Shown: one piece after another, positions 18,718-28,161 of the stretch | How positions within the stretch are numbered: the stretch's first letter is position 1 | Layout of the letters: each line of letters opens with the position of its first letter | Source: Negativicutes bacterium | Lineage (GTDB): Bacteria > Bacillota > Negativicutes > UBA1444 | NCBI GenBank assembly: GCA_963665275.2 | Contig: CAXXIN010000009.1 | Span: forward strand, 93,008 to 157,007 | Direction: 5' to 3' | DNA: 64,000 nt | Translations under genes and position numbers: made by a program | Notes under the pieces: model-generated | Database searches by the model: none | What the model was told of the DNA's origin: nothing | The model's input: the letters and a program-made list of their open reading frames with translations, nothing else

Positions 18718-21174
18718 CTACGACTTACGCTTCCCCGTCACAGGCTTGGTCTTGGCCTCCACTGCGGCCGTTGGTGCGGGTTTGGCCGTAGTTGCTTCAC
18801 TTTTTCTTTTCGTGGTGACCGCCTTTTTTGTAGTCGTTTTATTTATTTTTGATTTGGCGACGGCCTTTGAATCTTTCACCTTCGGAGCAACAGCTTTCTT
18901 CTGCGATTCTTGTTTTTCCTCGGATCCTTTCGCGGCAATGATGTTTTTAGTGCTCTTGGTCGTGGTCTTTTTCGCAGCTGGTTTTTTGACTGTAACTTTT
19001 TTGCCTGTAGCTTTTTTTGTAACGGCGTTTTCTGCTGTTCCAGGAATCCGCGTACTAGCTTTGGATACTGATTTTATGAGTTGTTCCGGTATCTCCTCTG
19101 CATCACTAGACGCTTTTTTCTCATCGATCCTAGTGGAACATTCAGTATTGCTGCAAAAGACAACCGCCGGTTGGGTTTTGTTCTTCTTTTCCACCATGAA
19201 AGCCCCACATACAGCGCAAAGCTCACCTGTCGGCTTATTCCAGGATACGAAGGTGCATGTTGGATAGTCGCTGCAACCATAAAAAAATCGGCCAGTCTTC
19301 GTTTTTCTCTCAACGATCGGTTTTTCACATAATGGACAGGCAACACCGATATCTTTGACAATGGGCCGAGTCGTCTTGCATTCAGGGAACTTCGAGCAAC
19401 CAAGAAACGCACCGAATCGGCCGTGTTTCACCGCCATCGGGGCCCCGCAGTTCTCACAGGCAATATCGGTAAGTTCTTCCGGTACAGTTACCCGTGCCGC
19501 TTCTTTTTCCACCCGGCCCAAAGTCTCGATAAACGGGCCATAGAAATCTTGTAAAAGCTTCCGCCAATCCACATCTCCCTGGGCAATTTCATCCAAATCG
19601 TTCTCCATGCTGGCAGTAAAGCTGGTATCAACAATTTCAGGGAAATGTTCTTTCAACAAATCTGTCACAATAAAACCTAACGGGGTCGGTTGAAATTTCT
19701 TCTCGGTTTTAATTACATAGTTGCGTAGCTGAATTAGCTCAATCGTGGGCGCATAAGTACTAGGCCTGCCAATACCTTTTTCTTCGAGCAGTTTGATCAA
19801 TGCCGCTTCCGTAAAACGCGGCGGCGGCTCGGTAAAATGCTGCACCGGTTTGATTTCCTGCGTTGCCAAAATATCCCCTTGTTCCAACGGCGGCAGGGAT
19901 TTATCCGTGTCCTGTTTTGCGCCGTTATCCACTGCTTCTGAATAAACAGCCATGAACCCGGAAAATTTCAGAACTGAGCCTGACGCACGCAGCCCATAGC
20001 GTCCGGCTTTAATTTCTGCCGATACGGTATCGAAGATGGCCGGTTTCATCTGACTGGAGATAAAGCGCTTCCAGATCAGTTCATACACCCGTTTTTGGTC
20101 ATGGCTAATGGAGTTCGGCAACAGATCGGCGGACACACTGATCTCAGAAGGACGAATCGCTTCGTGAGCATCTTGGGCGCTTTTCTTGGAATATTGCGGC
20201 GGTGTTGGCGGCAAATACTCATGACCGAGTTTTTCCGTCACCCATTCTCGGGCCTCCGTCTGAGCAACCGTCGATACGCGGGTGGAATCAGTTCTCATAT
20301 AAGTAATATGTCCGGCTTCATACAACTGTTGCGCCAGAACCATGGTTTTTTTTGCGCTGTAACCCAATTTGTGAGAAGCATCCTGTTGCAGGGTACTGGT
20401 AATAAAAGGCGGATAAGGTTTTCGTTGACGATCGCGTCTCTTGATTGCATCCACCATAAAGACTGCCGCGCCAAGCTCCCTCTCGATACTTGCAGCTGCG
20501 TCGCTATTTGGTATTTCGATCTTCTGCCCATCAACGGTAAGCAGTTCGGCTTCAAATGCAACCGGGGAGTTAGTCTTCTGCAACATCGCATGAATCGACC
20601 AATATTCGGTTACTTGGAACGCCTCAATCTCACGCTCGCGATCACAGATCAGACGAACGCAAACCGATTGAACACGGCCGGCGCTCAATCCCCGACGCAC
20701 TTTCTTCCAAAGCAGGGGACTTAACTTGTAGCCCACGAGACGGTCGAGAACTCGACGGGCCTGTTGAGCATTGACCATATGTTCATCAATCACGCGTGCG
20801 TGCTTTATCGCTTCTCCTACAGCAGTTTTAGTAATTTCATTAAACTCAATCCTGCATGCGTCTTTGGGTGCAATTTTCAAGAGCGTCGCCAGATGCCAGG
20901 CGATCGCCTCCCCTTCGCGGTCAGGGTCAGTTGCGAGATATACTTTTTTTGACTGAGCGGCCAGTTTATTGAGTTCCTTCACCAATGCCGTTTTGCCACG
21001 GACAATAATGTATTTGGGTTCAAAACCATCTTCAACGTCAATGCCTAACTGACTTTTAGGCAAATCTCTCAGATGTCCCATCGTCGCCTTCACCGTATAT
21101 TCTGATTTTCCCAGATACTTTTCAATCGTACTCGCCTTGGCTGGCGACTCAACGATAACAAGGTTTTTAGCCAT
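18718..21174 (-). CDS. topA: DNA topoisomerase I with zinc ribbons and a Lys-rich tail
   Basis: LVIVESPAKA, ATDPDREGE, SAGRVQS, ITYMRTDS, GIGRPSTY, C4 zinc ribbons. Confidence 0.98.
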   Translation of the reverse strand: MAKNLVIVESPAKASTIEKYLGKSEYTVKATMGHLRDLPKSQLGIDVEDGFEPKYIIVRGKTALVKELNKLAAQSKKVYLATDPDREGEAIAWHLATLLKIAPKDACRIEFNEITKTAVGEAIKHARVIDEHMVNAQQARRVLDRLVGYKLSPLLWKKVRRGLSAGRVQSVCVRLICDREREIEAFQVTEYWSIHAMLQKTNSPVAFEAELLTVDGQKIEIPNSDAAASIERELGAAVFMVDAIKRRDRQRKPYPPFITSTLQQDASHKLGYSAKKTMVLAQQLYEAGHITYMRTDSTRVSTVAQTEAREWVTEKLGHEYLPPTPPQYSKKSAQDAHEAIRPSEISVSADLLPNSISHDQKRVYELIWKRFISSQMKPAIFDTVSAEIKAGRYGLRASGSVLKFSGFMAVYSEAVDNGAKQDTDKSLPPLEQGDILATQEIKPVQHFTEPPPRFTEAALIKLLEEKGIGRPSTYAPTIELIQLRNYVIKTEKKFQPTPLGFIVTDLLKEHFPEIVDTSFTASMENDLDEIAQGDVDWRKLLQDFYGPFIETLGRVEKEAARVTVPEELTDIACENCGAPMAVKHGRFGAFLGCSKFPECKTTRPIVKDIGVACPLCEKPIVERKTKTGRFFYGCSDYPTCTFVSWNKPTGELCAVCGAFMVEKKNKTQPAVVFCSNTECSTRIDEKKASSDAEEIPEQLIKSVSKASTRIPGTAENAVTKKATGKKVTVKKPAAKKTTTKSTKNIIAAKGSEEKQESQKKAVAPKVKDSKAVAKSKINKTTTKKAVTTKRKSEATTAKPAPTAAVEAKTKPVTGKRKS

Positions 21175-22290
21175 TTACACACTCTCCTTGGCAACTCTAC
21201 TATAACCCACACAGGAGTTTTTCCAAACATGGCCTGCCATTTCCAACCGCAACAAGATAACAGTGATTTCTGACGCTTCCATTGAAAGCTTCGCCACCAG
21301 TGTATCTACTGCAGTCGGTTCTGCATAGGACAACTCCTGCAGCACGCGTTTTTCTTTCGGTGTCAAATCATCTGTACTCAGCCTTGATTCTGAAACTGCA
21401 AATCCCAGCGCCTCAAGCAATTCCTCGGCGCTGCCGACCAGTCGGGCGCCTTGTTGAATCAAGCGATGTGTTCCCCTACTGAGTTCAGAAAAAACGCTGC
21501 CTGGCACGGCGTAAACATCCCGATTTTCAGCCAGGGCAAGGTCTGCTGTTATCAACGCACCACTCTTTTCAGCAGCTTCCACTACCAAGACGCCGACTGA
21601 CATACCTGCCACAATCCGATTGCGAGCAGGAAATTGTCCGGGCATAGGTGGGGTTCCAGGCGGATACTCGGAGATAACGCACCCGTTTGCCGCTATATGC
21701 GCAAGCAACTGTGCATTCGTTCTGGGATATGCAATATCCACTCCGCAGCCCAAAACGGCAACAGTAGCGACGCCTGCAGCCAAGGCCCCTTCATGGGCTG
21801 ACGTATCAATTCCCGTAGCGGCTCCACTAACGATCGTAACCCCGCATCGGGACAGCTTCTCACTGAAGGAGTGGGCTACGTTACGTCCATAGGGTGTGGA
21901 TCGCCTTGATCCAACAACTGCTAAACAAAGCGCTCCGGGTTGAACCTGGCCGCGAAAGAAAAGCAAGGGGGGTGGGTCAAAAATTTGTCGCAACAGCGGT
22001 GGATATTCGGGATCTTCCATACTGCAGCAACGAATCCCTGCAAGTGTCCACTTTTTTGATATTTCAGCCGCATCAGTTCGTTCGCGCAGTGACATAAGAC
22101 CTGCGAGTTCTTTTGAATTTAAAATTCTGGACTCAGTCAACTCTTGATGCTTCGATGTCCAAGCTGTTTGGGCATCACCAAAATAGTCAACCATTTGCCG
22201 TAACTTCACACTGCCAATTCCCGGTACAGTAAGGAGCATCGCCCTATGGATGCGTTCCATTCCCATCATCTCCAAATTAAGGACCGACAA
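21175..22290 (-). CDS. dprA: DNA processing protein DprA (true start probably 22260-22269)
   Basis: AVVGSR, VSGAATGID, FPARNRIVAG, EAAEKSGALITA; C-terminal winged helix. Confidence 0.96.
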   Translation of the reverse strand: MSVLNLEMMGMERIHRAMLLTVPGIGSVKLRQMVDYFGDAQTAWTSKHQELTESRILNSKELAGLMSLRERTDAAEISKKWTLAGIRCCSMEDPEYPPLLRQIFDPPPLLFFRGQVQPGALCLAVVGSRRSTPYGRNVAHSFSEKLSRCGVTIVSGAATGIDTSAHEGALAAGVATVAVLGCGVDIAYPRTNAQLLAHIAANGCVISEYPPGTPPMPGQFPARNRIVAGMSVGVLVVEAAEKSGALITADLALAENRDVYAVPGSVFSELSRGTHRLIQQGARLVGSAEELLEALGFAVSESRLSTDDLTPKEKRVLQELSYAEPTAVDTLVAKLSMEASEITVILLRLEMAGHVWKNSCVGYSRVAKESV

Positions 22291-22300
22291 TATGGTCCTT

Positions 22301-22330
22301 ATTATAGTCCCGCATTGAAAGCCGGGTCAA
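22301..22330 (-). promoter_or_regulatory. Sigma-A-type promoter for dprA-topA
   Basis: TTGACC-18 bp-TATAAT on the minus strand. Confidence 0.6.
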
Positions 22331-22332
22331 GT

Positions 22333-22370
22333 CAAAAAAACAGAAAGCGGACAAGCTGAGCCTGTCCGCC
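22333..22370 (-). terminator. Intrinsic terminator after folK
   Basis: Minus strand GCGGACAGG-CUCAG-CUUGUCCGC followed by UUUCUGUUUUUUU. Confidence 0.7.
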
Positions 22371-22375
22371 TGGCG

Positions 22376-22894
22376 TTACACAAAACATTTCCTTGAAGAG
22401 TCCCAATTTACATTTTTCCAATGTCGGACTTCCCGCACACTATTTGCAGATAATCCTGACACCAACGCTTCAACGAGCCGGCCATCTTTCAATGGAAGCG
22501 ACGGCGCAACGTCCCGCAAGGGGATCAGTACAAAGGCTCGGTGTAAGATTCCGGGATGCGGCAGCGTCAACGTTTCACTCTCAATTTGAACGTCATCAAA
22601 AATCAGCAAATCAATATCGATAACTCTGGGACCCCAATGCCTGGTACGAATACGCCCCATTACTTGCTCAACCTCCAGGCATTTAGCAAGTAGCTCTGTC
22701 GGCGCAAGGCAGGTTTTAACCCTTATAACCATATTTAAAAAGTCCGCCTGATCCCTCACTCCAAACGGCACGGTTTCATAGATAGAAGATAACTTCTCGA
22801 TCTTTACCTTCCCATCCGCTTCAAGCAACTGGAGTGCTTGCTGTAATTTTTGTTCCCGGTCTCCTATATTGCTTCCCAGACCAAGAAGAATCAT
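22376..22894 (-). CDS. folK: 6-hydroxymethyl-7,8-dihydropterin pyrophosphokinase
   Basis: LGLGSNIGDR, FLN, WGPRVIDIDLL, LPHP. Confidence 0.96.
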   Translation of the reverse strand: MILLGLGSNIGDREQKLQQALQLLEADGKVKIEKLSSIYETVPFGVRDQADFLNMVIRVKTCLAPTELLAKCLEVEQVMGRIRTRHWGPRVIDIDLLIFDDVQIESETLTLPHPGILHRAFVLIPLRDVAPSLPLKDGRLVEALVSGLSANSVREVRHWKNVNWDSSRKCFV

Positions 22895-23253
22895 GGATTT
22901 CGTTCCCGCTGAATCTCGATTTGAACCCCGTCCAGCATTCCCGACAGAGGAACTCCAGGCTTGCGTATCCGCAAAACGACCGCCGTCACTCGAGAGTCTT
23001 CCAATACACGATCTGCCAATCGCTGGGCAACCCTTTCCAAAAGATCATATCGTTCTTTTTCCATGACATCTTTGATCTTTTCAAAGATATCAACATAATT
23101 CACCGCATCGTTTAGACTATCCGTCCGGCACGCAGCAGACAAATCCGCCACAATATCGGCATCAACCTCAAAAATCTGTCCATTACGTTTTTCGAACTCT
23201 TCACACCCATGGTACCCGAAAAATTTCATGTTGGATAATGTAACCTTATCCAT
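22891..23253 (-). CDS. folB: Dihydroneopterin aldolase
   Basis: FFGYHG..EK..GQ.F.VD, VNY, LLE, IRKP; start placed at MDKV behind a GGAGG SD. Confidence 0.95.
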   Translation of the reverse strand: MDKVTLSNMKFFGYHGCEEFEKRNGQIFEVDADIVADLSAACRTDSLNDAVNYVDIFEKIKDVMEKERYDLLERVAQRLADRVLEDSRVTAVVLRIRKPGVPLSGMLDGVQIEIQRERNP

Positions 23254-24457
23254 TGCCGAATGCCCTCCATCCTTGCAAAGCATCAGTTATCCCAGCCATC
23301 CGCTTCGCCATTTTGACATCATGGACACGGACGATTGAGGCGCCGTTCAGGATGGAGTGCACCATGCTTGCCCCAGTCCCTTCATCCCGCTCTTCCACCG
23401 GCAGTCCCAAAATTTCACCAATGAATCGTTTTCGTGAGGTTCCGACCAGAATCGGATAGCCCATTGATTGCAGCTCGGACAAGCGCCCAAGCACTTCCAG
23501 ATTTTGTGCGGAATTTTTCCCAAAACCGATTCCTGGGTCAAGAATGAACCGCGTTTCGTCGATTCCGGCATTCACACCGATTTCGACGCTGCGGGCAAAA
23601 AACTCTGCTAATTCACCCATGATGTCACGCGTTGATTCCACAGAAGAGCGATTATGCATCAATATCACCGGAACTCCATGCGCGGCAGCAACCTTCGCCA
23701 TGTTGGGATCCTGCTGCAGACCCCAGATGTCATTGATAAGGTTCGCTCCCATGGTCAGAGCCCTGTCTGCCACTTCGCTCTTATAGGTATCGACCGATAC
23801 CGGGACATCCACCGTAGCCAAAATTTTCTCCAGTACAGGGAGCAACCGATCCATTTCCTCATCAACGGAAATCCTGACTGCGCCATACGGACGGGTAGAC
23901 TCCGCGCCAATATCCAAAATGTCGGCTCCGTCGGCAACCAATGCCGCCGCTCGGGCTACCGCTGCATCCGTTTCATTATGTTTCCCGCCGTCAGAGAAGG
24001 AGTCCGGCGTCAAATTCAGAATACCCATTATTAAAGTCCGCCCCGGCTCTATCTGCCAATGTCTCCCGTTGATATCATAGTGGCGCCGCTGATTTTTACC
24101 GGTATTCATCAAGGCCTTTTCCACTGCAGCCGCCACACCGGGCAGGCCCCAGGGTTGTTGATGCAATTGCGCCAAAGCCAGTCGATAATGTTTCATGGTC
24201 CCGCAAATCAGCACATCGGTACAATCGACGCTGAGATCGGCAGTTCCGCGGGTGACGGCAACTTCTGCTCCCTTCGCCAAAAAAGTTTGTTTTAATAAAT
24301 TGGCAGCTTTCGCTGGAACATTTTCAACACAAACCGTGCGAAATATCGCTTTGGGAGCCATAATGGCAATGCCTGCCGAATCACATCCCATATGGGTCAT
24401 CCACGCCGCAGCCTCGCTGACGTGGCGAAAACAAACTTCTCTTGCCTGGTAGACCAT
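23246..24457 (-). CDS. folP: Dihydropteroate synthase with an ~130-aa N-terminal extension
   Basis: MGILNLTPDSFSDGG, IGAESTRP, DPGIGFGK, GTSRKRF, IVRVHDV; start at 24457 behind AGGAGG. Confidence 0.95.
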   Translation of the reverse strand: MVYQAREVCFRHVSEAAAWMTHMGCDSAGIAIMAPKAIFRTVCVENVPAKAANLLKQTFLAKGAEVAVTRGTADLSVDCTDVLICGTMKHYRLALAQLHQQPWGLPGVAAAVEKALMNTGKNQRRHYDINGRHWQIEPGRTLIMGILNLTPDSFSDGGKHNETDAAVARAAALVADGADILDIGAESTRPYGAVRISVDEEMDRLLPVLEKILATVDVPVSVDTYKSEVADRALTMGANLINDIWGLQQDPNMAKVAAAHGVPVILMHNRSSVESTRDIMGELAEFFARSVEIGVNAGIDETRFILDPGIGFGKNSAQNLEVLGRLSELQSMGYPILVGTSRKRFIGEILGLPVEERDEGTGASMVHSILNGASIVRVHDVKMAKRMAGITDALQGWRAFGNG

Positions 24458-24548
24458 GCTACGCCTCCTGTTGCAGGGTGACTTGTGATATTGTATCATA
24501 GAACAATCAATCAAAGAACAACAAAGCACCTTCAAGGAGGCCCTCTTT

Positions 24549-25601
24549 ATGCAACAGCGACTGCCTGCATCCAGGTTCAATCTGCCGGTGGATGAAATTC
24601 GCAACGGATTCTATAGCGACAGTTACTTCGTCCGTTCGAAGAACATCCTGGAAAACGATCAATATAACCCCCAGGTCGTTATGCAGATTTTTCAGCGCCA
24701 ACAGTCCGTATTATGTGGCATCGACCACGCGATCGCAATCCTGAAAACCTGCGCCATCCGCCCGGAAGACCTGAAAATACGAGCGTTGTTCGACGGCGAC
24801 AGATTGGAACCCTGGGAAACGGTCATGACGATCGAAGGTCGACTGGCCGATTTTGTTCATTTGGAAACCGTATACCTTGGCGTTCTTTCCCGACAAACCA
24901 AGCTAGCCACTAATGTGGACCGGGTAGTAAGAGCAGCCGCAGGCAAACCTGTATTGTTTTTCCCCTCGCGATTTGATCATTATGCGGTCCAGGCGGAAGA
25001 TGGATATGCCGCCAAAATTGGCGGGGTGTTCGGGGTCTCAACTCCTGCCAATGCCGCCTATTGGGGGGGCGACGCGCTCGGCACCATTCCTCATGCACTG
25101 ATCGCGGCATACCAAGGGGATACATTGGCTGCCACCGAAGCCTTTGACCGCCATATTGATCCGACGATTAACCGGGTGGCATTAGTCGATTTTGACAACG
25201 ACTGTGTGCGAACAGCATTGGAAGTCGCCCGTAAATTCGGCGACCGGCTGTATGGCGTTCGGCTGGATACCGCTGATACCCTCGTCGATGTTTCTGTCTT
25301 GCCGCAGATGGGTGCATTTAAGCCAACCGGAGTCTGCGCTCCTCTGGTGAGAAATGTCAGAAAAGCACTCAATGAGGAAGGCTTTGGTCACGTTAAAATC
25401 ATGGTATCCGGGGGCTTTACCGCTGAAAAAATTCTGGCTTTTGAATCAGAAAAAGTTCCCGTAGATGTCTACGCCGTCGGCAGCAGTCTCTTCAATGACA
25501 ACGTCAATTTCACCGCCGATATCGTAACTGTTGACAACAAACCGTGCGCCAAGGTTGGTCGCCATTATCGGGATAATCCCCGCTTGCAGCGGGTCGAATA
25601 A
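24549..25601 (+). CDS. Nicotinate (or quinolinate-like) phosphoribosyltransferase
   Basis: YSDSYF, GTIPHALI, LVDFDND, GVRLDT, VSGGF, YAVGS; AAGGAGG SD. Confidence 0.82.
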   Translation: MQQRLPASRFNLPVDEIRNGFYSDSYFVRSKNILENDQYNPQVVMQIFQRQQSVLCGIDHAIAILKTCAIRPEDLKIRALFDGDRLEPWETVMTIEGRLADFVHLETVYLGVLSRQTKLATNVDRVVRAAAGKPVLFFPSRFDHYAVQAEDGYAAKIGGVFGVSTPANAAYWGGDALGTIPHALIAAYQGDTLAATEAFDRHIDPTINRVALVDFDNDCVRTALEVARKFGDRLYGVRLDTADTLVDVSVLPQMGAFKPTGVCAPLVRNVRKALNEEGFGHVKIMVSGGFTAEKILAFESEKVPVDVYAVGSSLFNDNVNFTADIVTVDNKPCAKVGRHYRDNPRLQRVE

Positions 25602-25612
25602 GCTAATGAAAA

Positions 25613-26518
25613 TTATTCCTCATCCATCACAAAGGCGCAATCGCAGGTTTCGCTTTTTTGAATCTGGGTTGCGAGGCGTTGATGCAGTGAAGCTGCAGTA
25701 TCGTCAATCCTGTTTATGACTCCTGCTACACTGACCGTGAGGGCGGCCTCATCCGAGCTGGCCGAGTTGGCGGCTCGGTTTGCAATCGCTCTTAATTTAT
25801 CTGCCAGCAAAATTAAAATTGTTTTTTTGGTGTTGGGGCTAATCACCAAAAATCGAGTCCCGTCCCATCTGCCAACAATATCTGAGGGTCCCGCCCCTGC
25901 AGCAATATTTCGGGCTACAGACCGCAAAACCTGATCTCCTACCTCCGGACCATACTGATCGTTCAACGTCTTGAACCCCACGATGTTGATGAGCAGAAGC
26001 CCGAAGGGAGACAGGTTTTTTTTATATTCGCCCAGCACCATGCCAATACGACTTTCGATATAACGACGATTGGGAAGCCCTGTTACCAGGTCAAAATACG
26101 CCAAGGTCGCTAAAGCTTTCATTTTTTTCCCATGTTCACTGCTGGGGGTCATATCCGAAAAGATCTCTACAGCACCAACAATTTGATTCGATAGACTGCG
26201 CATGGGGATTATCCGGATAAACACCGGCACCCTGTATCCTGATTTATGTTGGAGAAAAAGAGTTTCCTCCCTGATCACGCCATCCAGCAGAGTTTTAGCC
26301 ACTGGACACTTGCCTTGGCATAAATTCGTGCCTTCAGCGTCTGTATGCATCAACAGATTCCAATGACAGGGCTTATGGAGAACTTCATTCTCCGAATAAC
26401 CGGTGATGTTCTCTGCACCACTATTCCAAAACGTGATTACCCGATTGACATCAACAAAGTAAACACCTTCATTAAGATGGTTTATCACCGTTCGGTAAAA
26501 ATTTGGTGCGTTATTCAA
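25613..26518 (-). CDS. PAS plus degenerate GGDEF-domain protein
   Basis: PAS domain (EGVYFVD..ITFWN.GAE.ITGY), DLVTGLPNRR, NDQYG..GDQVL; active-site motif reads RWDGTRF. Confidence 0.85.
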   Translation of the reverse strand: MNNAPNFYRTVINHLNEGVYFVDVNRVITFWNSGAENITGYSENEVLHKPCHWNLLMHTDAEGTNLCQGKCPVAKTLLDGVIREETLFLQHKSGYRVPVFIRIIPMRSLSNQIVGAVEIFSDMTPSSEHGKKMKALATLAYFDLVTGLPNRRYIESRIGMVLGEYKKNLSPFGLLLINIVGFKTLNDQYGPEVGDQVLRSVARNIAAGAGPSDIVGRWDGTRFLVISPNTKKTILILLADKLRAIANRAANSASSDEAALTVSVAGVINRIDDTAASLHQRLATQIQKSETCDCAFVMDEE

Positions 26519-26564
26519 TGAAAACCCCTCCGCTTATCAGCTTCAGTCTGCCAATGGGAATTAC

Positions 26565-26592
26565 ATTCCGCAGCAAGTGGCAATTATCCTGC
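26565..26592 (-). promoter_or_regulatory. SigH-like promoter upstream of the PAS-GGDEF gene
   Basis: GCAGGATAA-12 bp-GCGGAAT against B. subtilis SigH consensus RNAGGAWWW-11/12-RNNGAAT. Confidence 0.5.
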
Positions 26593-26608
26593 CAACAAAT
26601 AGATTAAC

Positions 26609-28153
26609 TTACACCAATTTACCATTTTGGGTTTCCGCCGTCGCGGCCCGTAGCTGGATCGCTTCCCCCATATGATCAGATTGGATTTGGTTGGATTCAG
26701 CGAGGTCGGCAATCGTTCGAGCCACCTTGACAATTCTGTCGTAAGACCTTGCATTTAATTTCATTTTTTCAAACGCCGCGTGTAGGAGACTCTGCGCATC
26801 AGTTCCAACATGACAGAGCTCTCGTAGTTGCCTGTGGTTCATCTGAGCATTGCAAAAGGCGCCGGTTCCACTCAGACGTTCGTATTGCTGCTGCCGGGCT
26901 TTCTTGACACGCGCAGCGATACAACCCGACGCTTCGCTTTGTTTTAATGAAGCCATTTCATTGTACGTTAACCGCGGCACACCAATATGAATATCGATCC
27001 GATCCAACAAAGGCCCAGAAATTCTCTGCATATATCGCTTTATCTGGAGGTCGGAACAGCTGCATCCATGGTCCGGGTCCCCGAAAAATCCGCAAGGGCA
27101 CGGATTCATCGAAGCGATCAGCATAAACCGCGATGGATATGTGTAAGAAGAATTAACGCGAGCCACTGTAACTTGGCCATCTTCAATGGGTTGCCTCAAG
27201 ACTTCGAGCACCTGTCTGGGGAATTCCGGTAATTCATCCAGGAAGAGCACTCCATGATGCGCCAGAGTTACTTCGCCGGGCCTCGGAATCCTTCCCCCGC
27301 CAGCCATTGCTGCGGCTGAAACCGTGTGGTGCGGGGAACGAAAAGGTCGGGTTTTCGCCAAACCTCCCGACGGGCCCAACAAGCCGGCAACGCTGTAAAT
27401 TTTACTGACCTCCAACGCCTCATCCAGGGTCATCGGCGGTAATATCGAGGGAAGGCGTCGGGCAAGCATGGTTTTACCTGCGCCAGGCGAACCGGTCATA
27501 AGAATATTGTGCCCTCCGGCGGCAGCAATTTCAAGCGCCCTTTTTGCACCGAACTGCCCCTGTACATCTTTGAAGTCATCCATAAAACATGGCTCTGGTG
27601 TCAATATTTTCTGTTTATCAAAATCAGGCACTCCTTGGCTTTCGCCTCTGACAATCGCCACCGCCATCGTCAGACTATCAACGGCAAGAATCTCAAGTTG
27701 GGTTACAACTTTCGCTTCAACAGCGTTAACAGCAGGAACGACAAACTTTTCCAAACCCTGCTCGCGGCACATGATCGCCATGGGCAAAGCCCCTGCAATG
27801 CTTCGCACCTGAGCATCCAAAGACAATTCTCCTGCAAAAGCAATCGTCTCTAACTTGCAGACGCCCAATTGCTCAGTCGCCGCAAGAATTCCTAAGGCAA
27901 TCGGCAGATCCAGACCGGAGCCATCCTTTTTCAAGTCAGCTGGTGCAAGATTCACCGTGATCCGCCGATAGGGAAAATCAAAACCGGCATTTTTGATTGC
28001 GGCCCTCACCCGTTCTTTGGATTCACGAACCGCCGCATCAGGCAATCCCACAATATCCATGCCTGGAATCCCGTTGGAGATATCGACTTCTATTGTTAGA
28101 AGTACTCCATTCAATCCAAAAATTCCTGCACCGAACGTTTTTGCAAACATCAT
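26609..28153 (-). CDS. comM: ComM/YifB family Mg-chelatase-like AAA+ helicase
   Basis: VGLPDAAVRESKER, NLAPADLKK, GSPGAGKTM, PFRSPHH, GVLFLDE, NPCPCG, SGPLLDRID. Confidence 0.95.
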   Translation of the reverse strand: MMFAKTFGAGIFGLNGVLLTIEVDISNGIPGMDIVGLPDAAVRESKERVRAAIKNAGFDFPYRRITVNLAPADLKKDGSGLDLPIALGILAATEQLGVCKLETIAFAGELSLDAQVRSIAGALPMAIMCREQGLEKFVVPAVNAVEAKVVTQLEILAVDSLTMAVAIVRGESQGVPDFDKQKILTPEPCFMDDFKDVQGQFGAKRALEIAAAGGHNILMTGSPGAGKTMLARRLPSILPPMTLDEALEVSKIYSVAGLLGPSGGLAKTRPFRSPHHTVSAAAMAGGGRIPRPGEVTLAHHGVLFLDELPEFPRQVLEVLRQPIEDGQVTVARVNSSYTYPSRFMLIASMNPCPCGFFGDPDHGCSCSDLQIKRYMQRISGPLLDRIDIHIGVPRLTYNEMASLKQSEASGCIAARVKKARQQQYERLSGTGAFCNAQMNHRQLRELCHVGTDAQSLLHAAFEKMKLNARSYDRIVKVARTIADLAESNQIQSDHMGEAIQLRAATAETQNGKLV

Positions 28154-28161
28154 TTTCCTCC

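Noticed and set aside
24458-24604. Apparent head-to-head overlap of folP (ORF start 24604) with the PRTase gene
   Set aside because: The real folP start is 24457 behind an AGGAGG SD; the overlap is an ORF-extension artefact
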